A stretch of DNA of 64,000 nt from Psammoneis japonica (Eukaryota). The DNA is taken from NCBI GenBank assembly GCA_008632985.1, contig QPGO01000076.1, forward strand, positions 62,001 through 126,000. The letters run 5' to 3'. The stretch's first letter is position 1. Every line of letters starts with the position of its first letter. The notes under the pieces are model-generated. The model did not search any database, had not been told where the DNA came from, and was given only the letters and a program-made list of their open reading frames with translations. Both the position numbers and the translations under genes were made by a program. This document shows positions 13,803-24,800 of the stretch, in pieces.

Positions 13803-14130
13803 GAAAATCTGTGTCGATTTGAAAATCTGCAAGATCATTTCGGGGCCGGATAAAATCTGTAAGACATTTTAACGGAAAATCTGGAATCTGGACCCCGTGC
13901 AAATGTGCGCAGGGTGTGTGCAGACCGCGCCAGGCCCACTTTTACCACGCCGGGCCTGCAGAAGGGTTGTTCAAAGATCGCATTTTAATTTGGCAAATTT
14001 TGGCAAAAACCAACCCCAGTTTTAGCCGAATAATTGAAAATCTGTGATTTTTGAAAATCTGTAACTGTTTCTGCGACCCCTTGAAAATCTGTAAGAAATC
14101 TGAACCCCAAATCTGTGCCACAGATTTTCT
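13803..14130. repeat. Cluster of (GA)AAATCTG motifs resembling transposon subterminal binding sites
   Basis: About ten direct copies of aaatctg, plus one inverted copy (cagatttt) near 14121. Confidence 0.7.
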
Positions 14131-14155
14131 ACAGCATGACAATCAGTGCGGGAAA

Positions 14156-14721
14156 TTAACACGAGCGGCTCAACATTGAACAAATTTCACGGGAATTGAA
14201 TCTAATTGCGTAGCGGTAGTACATAATCTACGTGAACTTTTCGTTCTACGAACATTGAGCATATTGAGAGACATGAATCTTTTCACGTAGCTCTAGTACA
14301 TAATCCTACGTGAATTTTTCGTCCTAAGGGGCATTTTAACACGAGCGGCTCAACATTGACAAATTTCACGGAAATTGAATCTTTTTTGCGTAGCGGTAGT
14401 ACATAATCTACGTGAACTTTTCGTTCGACGAACATTGAGAATATTTGAGAGACATTGAATCTTTTTCACGTAGCTCTAGTACATAATCCTACGTGAATTT
14501 TTCGTCCTACGGGGCATTTTAACACGAGCGGCTCAACATTGACAAATTTCACGGAAATTGAATCTTTTTTGCGTAGCGGTAGTACATAATCTACGTGAAC
14601 TTTTCGTTAGACGAACATTGAGAATATTTGAGAGACATTGAATCTTTTTCACGTAGCTCTAGTACATAATCCTACGTGAATTTTTCGTCCTACGGGGCAT
14701 TTAACACGAGCGGCTCAACAT
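14156..14721. repeat. Tandem array, unit about 180-183 bp, 3 full copies plus 20 bp
   Basis: ttaacacgagcggctcaacat starts at about 14156, 14336, 14519 and 14701. Each unit has two related subunits (gtagc..tagtacataatc.tacgtgaa). Confidence 0.95.
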
Positions 14722-14976
14722 CCCTGAGCTGGGGGCGGCGGGAGGTGTTGTTGTATCAACGACAACAGGCTCACAGCTCATAGCTCACAACCAAGAGCAT
14801 GTACTCTACTGTATCGATCATAAAGCCAAGAGCTGCTAAGGCATAAGAAAACGTCGTCACGATGCATTATAACCTGAGTTTATCGATACCTGTCACTCCC
14901 GTCATGCGGTTAAAGCAGTGAACCCTGAACCGAAAGTTGAAGTCGGGGTGCTGGTGTCGGCAGTAATTGCTCTCAC

Positions 14977-15090
14977 TTGACTAGAATTCCTAAAGAAGTC
15001 CTGGCATTGCCAAAGCTACGTATCCTCAATTTGAAGCAGTGCTATCAATTGACAACGACGGCAGAGGAAATCGGAGAAACGTCTTTGTCT
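14977..15090 (+). pseudogene. Leucine-rich-repeat gene fragment
   Basis: LTRIPKEVLALPKLRILNLKQCYQLTT fits an LRR consensus. No intact long ORF. Confidence 0.5.
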
Positions 15091-15988
15091 TTGGATCGTG
15101 TGGACGCTCCTCGTGTTGGTCCGTGTTTGATAGTACCTTCCAACCCAGTGTCGATTTCTACTGTAGAATGATCAAGGCCGGACGCAACATCTCGATTCGA
15201 CGCAATTTGCAAGTGCTCGCGGCAATCTGGGCACATTTCTTTGCTGTTAGGTGCAGCAGAATGGACTTGGAGGTTGTCAAGTTCAACCAGAAGAAACGAG
15301 GCACCAAGCAAGCACAAGACAATATAACGGGAAGCAAGCCTGGCTAATGCCGAGAGTGACCAGACCAGACCAGACGAGTGGCCCCTAATCTTCTTCTTGG
15401 ATTGTATCGAATCGATCAATACAATACAACGTAACACATTGGAACGAACAAGCTACTAGAATGAGCCATCTGCTTTAGCTCTGATTCCGATCACGTCGCT
15501 AACGATAAGGCGGCGTCACTCTAGCGTGCTGTCAAGAAAAGCCATTTGTTCTGATGGCGTGTGGCACAAGAGATTCTTGTTGGACTCCTACCTACTGTAC
15601 GGTAGCATCCTTCTCAACATGTCTTGGAGGTACGAGGAGCAACGAACAACTCGGGCGTCTCGGAATGACATTTCTGGTATGAATGCCGCAGTTGTTGTTA
15701 CAAGAAAGCCTTGAACTCCGGCAATTGAATGAGCGTCTAGTTCAGTGGACGATTTTCTTAACACCCTTATGGCTGTGTTGGTTGAACTTGGAGGCGCTGC
15801 TTTCCAGTGAGAGCTCGATTGTTGATTTAGGCCTATAGGGATTACTCGTAGGCTTGGGAACGCGGCTTCAAACTTTACCTGCCAGTTGCCGTACAAGTCA
15901 CACTTTATACTATGAGAAATTTACATTTGATCATTCATGACAAGCAGGAGGAACCACTCAAAAACGAAGTCTGCTTCCACAGGTTTAC

Positions 15989-16269
15989 TTATTCGCTATA
16001 GAAGTACAAACGGCGACCACGACGTCCAGACTTACGACGAGTCGAGTCGGAAGGAATGGGAGTGACGTCTTCGATACGTCCAATCTTGAGTCCATTCCGT
16101 GCCAAGGCCCTCAATTTTCCAGGCCCGGGGGGATCGGCTCTTGTTGCCGTACCACAAACCTTAATGTGAAGAACAGCGATACCCAATTCCCTGCATCTCA
16201 CGGCAATACCTGGGCGGCAAGCATGGCAGCATAAGGAGCAGACTCGTCACGATCAGCCTTGACCTTCAT
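15989..16269 (-). pseudogene. RPS14: 40S ribosomal protein S14 (uS11) C-terminal fragment
   Basis: [20 protein letters not shown], then a frameshift, then RCRELGI...[36 protein letters not shown]. It is 5'-truncated, has internal deletions and reads past the usual end. Confidence 0.9.
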
Positions 16270-16280
16270 CTTTTATCACC

Positions 16281-19200
16281 ATGATGTTGCGACTGCAGCA
16301 ACGATCTTGTTGTTTAGCTATTGTTCACTGAGTCTTGTACGAGTCGCGACTGTTTGGGGTAGAAACAAATCCTTGTTCAAAAGGAATCATCACACCATTC
16401 AGAAACGCAGAATTTCTGAAACAACTGCTGGATTGAAAATGACGGCAACCACAAACGGTATTTCCACTTCCAACAGCATTTAAGTTTCGCCTCCTATTGC
16501 CCCACGGGAAGAAGGTCGAGTCGTCTATGCTGGTGTCGCGTACGATGAGTCGTCTCCCATGCCACGTCAAGCCGAGTCGTCAACCGAAGCCTTGCTGGAT
16601 CCGCCCGTGGCCATTCCCGATCCGTATGGATGGCTACGAGATGAGTCTCGAACCAATGAAACTGTTTTGAATCATTTGAAACAGGAAAATGAATACACAG
16701 AAGCAAATACGAAGCACTTGGAGCAACTCAGGTCCGATCTATATGAAGAAATGAAGTCTTCCATTCAAGAAACAGATTACACGGTGCCTAGACCTCGTGG
16801 CGAGTGGCGGCACTACACGAGAACCTACGAGGGCAAGAGCTGTACCGCCTACTGTCGGGCACCCAAGACCACAGATACGCTTGGTGAGATTGATTGGGAC
16901 GGTAGTGCAGAATCACCCATTTTGCCGGGAGAACAAGTCTATCTCGACGTGAATGCCTTGGCACAGGACCGAGACTATTGTTTACCCGGCCGAGTTGCAA
17001 CCTCTCCCACTCAAAAGCTCTTGGCCTACACGGTTGACTTTTCCGGGGACGAAACATGCGAACTTATCGTCAAGAATTTGGAAACGGGAAAAGAAACCAA
17101 TCAGAATTTGCAAGTCTATGGACAAGTTGTGTGGGGCAAGGACGATTCGTCTCTCTTTTATCTCAAAATGGATGAAGCACACCGACCTTTTCAAGTGTAT
17201 CGTCGCACTCTCGACACTCAAGAGGATGAATTGCTTTTCGAAGAATCGGATGACTTGTTTTGGTCCTACATGTAGGAAATCGCACCTTCAGTGTGTCATT
17301 TTTGCATTGAAATTTATACTCACGCAACATTCACCACCATCCTTTTTCTCACATAGGTACAAATCAAAGGATCAAAAGTATCTCTTTATTGAAACATCTT
17401 CCAAGGAGACGACTGAAATTTACTTTTTAAATTTGGAAAATCCGTCCTCCAAACTGCAATGCATTGCCAAGCGGCGACCCAAAGTCCTATATGATGTAAG
17501 CCACCGTCATGGCAAGTGGCTCATTTCCTCCAATGTCGGTGGAACGCCCAATGTGCAATTCTTTACCTGCGACGCAAAGGCAAACTGCCAAGACGACTGG
17601 ACCATCGTCAAGAATTTGGAAACGGGAAAAGAAACCAATCAGAATTTGCAAGTCTATGGACAAGTTGTGTGGGGCAAGGACGATTCGTCTCTCTTTTATC
17701 TCAAAATGGATGAAGCACACCGACCCTTTCAAGTGTATCGTCGCACTCTCGACACTCAAGAGGATGAATTGCTTTTCGAAGAATCGGATGACATGTTTTG
17801 GTCCTACATGTAAGAAATCGCACCTTCAGTGTGTAATTATGGCGTTGAGATCAATGCTCACGCAATGTGCATCACCCTCCTTTTTCGCACATGGTTGCAA
17901 ATCCAAGGATCAAAAGCATCTCTTTATTGAAACATCTTCCAAGGAGACGACCGAAATTTACTTTTTAAGTTTGGAAAATCCGTCCTCCAAACTACAATGC
18001 GTTGCCAAGCGGCGACCCAAAGTCCCACACGACACAAGTCACCGTCACGGCAAGTGGCTCATTTCCTCCAATGTCGGTGGAACGCCCAATGTGCAATTCT
18101 TTACCTGCGACGCAAAGGCAAACTGCCAAGACGACTGGACCAAGGTAACTCTTGATGACAAGCCGTTGTTGGACGGTGGATATAATCGTTCCTTGTCGAG
18201 TCTTACCGCCTTTGACAAGTTTGTCGTGGCAAGTGGCCGAGAAGGCGGCATTCCTCGTGCATGGATTGTAGGCTACCGTATCATCAAGAGGACGACGTCG
18301 ACGGAGTGTCTAGTTTTCAACGTCTCGAATTTGCGGAGGCGGCTCATGATGTGGGTATTGGAGCGCATTATGAATTTGAAACAGAAAAAGTGGTTGTTTC
18401 GTATGATTCGCTTGTCACTCCGGCACAAAGTCTCGAAATTTCCATGGCCAATCCGTCGGACAGGACGGTTTTGAAGCAACGCCAAGTTCCTGGCTACGAT
18501 CCAAACGAGTACGCATGTGATCGTGTGCTTGTCACGGCACGGGATGGTTCGACGGAAATACCTGTTAGTCTAGTGTACAAAAAGAGCACGATGGAGGAAC
18601 ACTTGAAATCCAACAAGCCTGTTGCTACTCATTTGTATGGATACGGGAGTTACGGATCCTGCTGTGAGGCAGATTTCCGTGCTACACGATTGCCACTCTT
18701 GAATCGCGGCGTCGTGTACTATCGCTCATGTGCGTGGTGGCGGCGAAATGGGACGCCAATGGTATGAGGAGCCCAATGGCGCAAAGTACTTGTGTAAAAA
18801 GAATACCTTTAACGACTTTGTGGATGTCGCCAAGTGGTTGATTGACGACAAAAAGTTGACCGTTCCCTCCCAACTTCCTGTGAAGGCCGAAGTGCCGGCG
18901 GATTGCTCATTGGTGCGAGCATCAATCAAGCACCTGAGCTTTTCAAAATGGCGCTTCTTGGGGTACCATTTGTAGATGTACTCTGTACCATGGTGGATGC
19001 CACCATTCCATTGACTGCCGTGGAATGGGAAGAATGGGGCAATCCAAACGAAAGAAATTCTTTGACTACATGAAAGAGTACAGTCCCGTCAATGCTGTGA
19101 AACAGGGTGCAACGTATCCTTCCTGCTTGTTGACGGGAGGATTGCATGATCCTCGTGTACAGCACTGGGAACCGACAAAATTTGCAGCTGAACTTCGTTA

Positions 19201-19357
19201 TTCTCAAGGCAAGGATTCTGGACCCGTCTTTGTCAAGTTAGACATGAGTGCTGGTCACTTTTCCGCGTCGGATCGATACAAGTACTTGAAAGAGCTTGCC
19301 TTTGATTTCGCATTCTTGTTGGATCAGTTGGGATTGGTTGACACATTAACACAATAA
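16281..19357 (+). pseudogene. Oligopeptidase B duplicate, pseudogenised
   Basis: Near-identical to 8389-10949 including the intron. It has an early stop at 16481-16483, a 538-bp internal tandem duplication, and frameshifts near 18275, 18720, 18873 and 19045. Confidence 0.9.
17066..18141 (+). repeat. 538-bp internal tandem duplication within the oligopeptidase pseudogene
   Basis: atcgtcaagaatttggaaacggg occurs at 17066 and 17604. Junction is gactggacc|atcgtcaag. Confidence 0.93.
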
Positions 19358-19710
19358 TGTTGAATATAGCCTTTGAGAGACGTATGGGGTGTTGTAGAGG
19401 AGCTCTAGCAGCAAAATAATAGTCACATACCTCCTATTAATAGAGTCACATACCTCTATCAGGCTGATCGATCGATCGCTTGGTGTTTTTGATTTTCGGT
19501 CTTGCCACGACGGACGCGGGACTCGGGTGATTGAAACATAAAATAATTAGTGGATGAAGATAAATGTCAAATTTTTGGGTTTCAACGGTCGTGATTGAGG
19601 CGCAACGGTGAATATACATAAATGGTGATGAATGCAACATTTCGTCTCGGCTTCTGCCGCGAAATCACGTCACAAACACGTTTTTGCCTCTTGAAACAAC
19701 GAAAGCGACC

Positions 19711-21654
19711 ATGGCATCCGATGTAGCAAGCATGACGGGCGGCGCCAGCGCCACTGGCGGAGGTGGCAACAGCGTGTTAGGCCCAAGTGGTGATTACATT
19801 GATCTTCATGAATTGTCAAAGGGTTGGAAGGCGGCTATTTCTCGAGCTACGGATCCGGTCACGAGGTATGTAAAAGCAGAACAAGAACAGAGACAGGATT
19901 TCTGAGAAGCGACGTATGACAATAATTAGGGCCTTATAGTTACTTACTCCCTCTTTTCCTATTCTTATAGACATGAAGCTCAAGTGAAGAATGATCGTGG
20001 TAACTTACCGCTCCACTCGGCTGCGTCTTTTCGAGCTCCTCTCGAAGTCGCTGAAGCTCTATTGGAAGTGTATCCCGAAGCAGCGTCCATGACGAACAAT
20101 TATGGAAACCTCGCTCTTCACTTTACGGCGTGGAAGAAGGGACCTCTTGACGTTGAAAAGCTCTTGTTAAAGGTTTATCCCGAGGGCGCTGCTCAGAAAA
20201 ACAATCACGGGAACTTGCCTCTTCACTACGCGGCACATTACAATGCTCCGCTCGAAGTCGTGGAGGCGCTCTACCATGCCTACCCCGAGGGCGCGTCGCA
20301 GAAGAATAACGACAACAACACTCCTCTCGACTTGGCTATTGCCGATGGAGCGTCTCCCAATGTTGTGGCCCTGTTGCAGGGCAAGTCTGTCCCACCCACG
20401 GACGATGAAGTGTTGGAGGGTGCCAAGCGTCGCTGTGAACGTATGGAGAAGGAGCTTCAGCGAAATATGGAACGTCACGATACAGTGCAGGAAGATATGG
20501 AAGTGGTGCTTTCGCTCTTGATGGATATTCGGGATGGGCATTCGCATGCGCTTTACTCTGCCAATGTGGATCCATCCAAGTTCACAGACATGGAGTCGCT
20601 CTTGGAGCAGGTGAGTGTTATGGAGAAACGTGTCTTTTGTTTCTAAACGTTGAAAATGATTTCTCATTCCGTATTCTGTCCAATACATTCTATAGGTTCG
20701 CAGAGCTGGTGATGATGACCGCGGTTCTGGTGACGAGTTCGCCGCCAAGGATGAAGAGGAAGAAATCCAAGAGATTGAAGATGCGCTTGCTCCTCCGGAT
20801 GATGTGGTTGAGACGGCGCTGGCTCAAATTATCGGATTGGATGCCGTCAAGAACCAAATTCGTGGACTTCGCCGTACTCTTGAAATGGAAGATGGAACTC
20901 GCGCGGTACCTCGTCACATGGCCTTTGTCGGGAATGCCGGCACGGGAAAGACGTTTTGCGCCCGGATTTTGGGACCTCTCTTCATCAGATTGGTGCCGTC
21001 AAGGCTCCGCACTTTATTGAAGTGGGACGTGAGGACTTGGTGGATCGCAAGTCCGAAGCGAGGACTGTATTCAAGACTCGCCGTGTCTTGGAAAAGGCGG
21101 CGGGAGGAGTCCTCTTCATCGATGAAGCTTACACACTCTTGCCGTCCACGGCGAGGCCTCGTGGCCGTGATCATGGAGCGGCGGCACTTCGCGAAGTATC
21201 GCGCAATCTGGCTTCGGGAAGTCCCTTGGTTATTCTTGCAGGATATCCTTTGGATCTCCAGCGTGTCTTGGGATCGGAGATTGGTTTCAAGGGGCACTTT
21301 TTGACTCGTGTCGAGTTTAACGACCCATCCCCCGAAGACGTGGCACGCATGTTTATGGTCAAGCTTGCAAACAAGGGTCTTGTTGCCAGTGATGCGGTCA
21401 CGGTGGATTATCTTGCCGATTTGTTGGAGAACAACACGGACGAGGAGTGGCGCTTGGAGCGCAATGGCCGCATTTCGGACTTGTTGGTCATGGGAGTCCG
21501 CGCTGAAATTAAGAAGCGCCTCATGGCCAACGAAGAAATGTCGCGAGTTAGTGCGGCTGTTTCTCCGAGAGCCCAACGTATGCCTGCTCTCAATCCAGAG
21601 GAAGTAGTTGTTACAGTGGAAGATGTGCAGAACGCCATTGTGCATGGCATGTAA
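19711..21654 (+). CDS. Ankyrin-repeat protein fused to a CbbX/SpoVK-like AAA+ ATPase, 3 exons
   Basis: Ankyrin repeats (GNLPLH..A). IIGLDAVKNQI, Walker A GNAGTGKT, Walker B VLFIDEAY, ILAGY and NGR motifs. Introns 19866-19970 and 20611-20695. One-base frameshift near 20983. Confidence 0.88.
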
Positions 21655-21839
21655 TTCATTTTATGTATTTCTATTTGTTGAACACGCGCATGTTGGTGTC
21701 GGAACAAGTGTACTGTATTTCAAGTCATAGATTGGCATTGCGTGTATAAAAGACGATTAATATACAGTTGTTATTGTATGCATAGCGTGTGTTATATATT
21801 GATTCATTGTGCCTCTATTAAAGGCCATCCCGTTGTATT

Positions 21840-24800
21840 TTACCCAATTCTGTTTCGATTTCGCTTCTTACGGAAAACGTTGGTTGAACCCACGTCATCC
21901 GCATCCTCACTGGCATCCACACTGGCATCCACACTAAACGATGGTGAATCTGGACCTGTTGGAGGAGTTGTTGTAGGCTGAGACGTAGGTGGTGTTGGTT
22001 GAGGGGGGTCAGTATCAATTGTTGGAGTTGGAAAGTTCGTTACCCTGCTGGGTCCCGCTGTAATCGTAGGAGATATCGATCTTGTTGGCATCAAGGAGGG
22101 TCGGCTGCTTATCGACGGAGCCAAAGACACTGATGGCGACAAAGTTGGCGAGATTGACATTGTAGGTGCATCACTTCCAAGCTTTGTGGGGGGAAACGTT
22201 GGCGCAACTGGACTGGTCGTTGGAATCGTTGGTTGCGGCGTACCTGGCCCAGTCGGAGGTGTGGGTTGTGCCGTTCCGGTTGTAGGAGTTGGTGGCAAAG
22301 TCGGTGGTGGAGTGCCAGGATCTAAAGCGGAAGGAGGCAGCGTCGGTCGAGGTGTAGGAGTTCTTGTCCATCTGGGAGTCGGTTTAGGCGTCGTTGGATC
22401 AGCACCAAGCGTTGGGGTCGGAAAAAACGTTTCTCCAATTGGTCCCTTTGTAACCGTAGGTGCTATTGTTCTTGTCGGCATATAAGAGGGTCTGCTACTT
22501 ATTGACGGGACCATGGACACGGATGGTGACGCAGTTGGTGGTACAACTGTAGGCCCAACACTCTCAAGGCCTGTTGGGGAACCTGTCGGTTCCATTGAAT
22601 CGGTGGGCTCTTGAGACAGAGTTGGATTTGAAGAAGGCATCGGACTTGACGATGGGACAAATGAGATAGATGGAGACAAGGATGGGAGAAACGATACCGA
22701 CGGTGATAATGATGGCGGCATTGTCGTCGTTGGGGCTGAAGTGAAGAACAAAGTACACCCATCAACAGACTCATATGGAACACAAGTCGCAAATCCTTCT
22801 TCCTCAATATCTGCGAGAAACTGACAAAGAAGAAACTCATCGAAAGGACCTGAATTCCCGGCTGTCACAAACTGCCCATTCGCAAGATTAAGGACGGGTG
22901 CCACGACAATTGAGTTATCAAAAAAGCATGTCTCTGTCACATTCATAACACCTCCAATGTTCGAAATAAGGAAATCCGAATTCTTTTCAAGAGACGGCAT
23001 GCCAAAAGGTGAGAGTCAAACTAGCGTCTGCAATGAATTTGAATCAAGCAAATCAGGGTACTTACATAGTTTTCAATAAATTGAGTTCTGATGACAGATA
23101 TCCAGTTTCCTTCACTCTTGACAATGCCTTGAAGAGGCTCAAACACAGAGTTGTTCTTTTTTTTTTTTTTTGAAAACAACAAAAGAACCCAAGAATTAGT
23201 TGGGTTTATATGACAACTGCGGGGCTGGCTTCTTCGAAACTTACCTGGAATACGCAGTCTTCAAAGTTTACTTTGAGCTTTTCACCCGTGACCAAGCTGA
23301 TCTCCTGTTGTAAGTGCCTAGTAGACTCGTCTTTGTATCGTTTCCAGTTTTGTCTTTTCCTTTCGGTTATCGTAACTGCGCTACTCGTAGTGGGGTAGCT
23401 AGCTTTGTCGGCAGCTCTCCCAACTGCGGACGTCGTGACTGTCGGCATGGGAGACGGAACATTTGAAGGAAACATTGACGGCGTAATGGAGGGCTTTGCT
23501 GTTGGTGAAAATGTCACCGATGGTGCCAATGACGGTTGGGAAGATGCGGTCGGGGATGAAGTAGGGACCGACGTCACAGTTGAAAAACTAGTGAACACGA
23601 CACCTTCGTTTGTGTTATTCTGAAATAGACCCAAACAAAAGAGTTGTGAGAATAAGGCGGGAAACAGAGGAATGGTGTCTGCGCGTGTACTTACCCTGAA
23701 GATGCAATCCAGAAATTGAATATCGGCCGGTTTCACCAAAGCGACATTATGAACTTTAGCCCCCACAAAAGTTATGCCTTGGAAGGTAACATTTGGAGCG
23801 TAATCATCCTTAAACGAGGAAAACACCTGAATCTGACCTGACGATATCACACAGTTGCTATCACTCGTTCCGTCATCCCCACAATATACCATGACATTCG
23901 GTCTCACCGCAATTGGGGCTTGGCTATCTACATCAAATACAGTGTCACTGCACAGCTTGTACGCCCGAGGATTTGTAATGTTCAGCAAAGGATCGTCTTC
24001 TAGCGCATTCAGCTCAACTAGACTGTCAATGCACGAAAGCGTTGGAGCATTTGTTGGCGAGGCTGACGGGGTAGACGTAAGAAAGCACTCCCTGGACTCA
24101 AACTCTCTGCACGTTGGCACACCATTGGCAGGTACGTCTGCAATGTACTGGCAGACCCGACCATCCAAGATTTCATTTCCAGAATTCAACTCGGAGGAAA
24201 TGATACCCCCATTTTTGTTGACGACAGATGCTACCGCAACCATATTGTTGACAAAGCAATTACCGATAAGATCCATTAAATGAATGCCGTCTTCATTTCC
24301 AATGACGTAGTCCAAGTTCTAAAGCAGTCAAACCAAATTCGATTAGAAGAAAAGCATAGAGGAAAAGACTTAAATACCTTCGAGTTTTATTCTGTTACTT
24401 ACCTTGTTATCGGCAAGCAAGCAGTCAATAAGATTTAGTTTGCTTCCTTCGCTTTCAATTAGTCCCTTGCGAATGTCGGATCCAGTATTATTCTAAAAAA
24501 AAAAAACGGGAAATAATCGTTAGAGGGTGAAACGTTATAAATACAACGCACATTTTCACAACTGGCGTACCCGAAAAGTACTAGCCACAAATTTCACTTC
24601 CAAGGTTTGGCCATCTTGGAGACTTCGTGCGGATTGAAGGATGTCCCAGTAATTTTGCAATACGCTCGTCCTCCTGCCCGAGGGAGGCGACGGAATTAGC
24701 CTGCTTGCTGCAACAGTTGATGGATAGCTCAAGAGAGCTGATCCTCCTTCTGCATTATCCTGACAAAAGTTTCAGAGCAACAACAGTCGACGTTGAGTCT

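Noticed and set aside
14156..14721. CRISPR array
   Set aside because: Whole units repeat with no unique spacers, the context is eukaryotic, and there are no cas genes.
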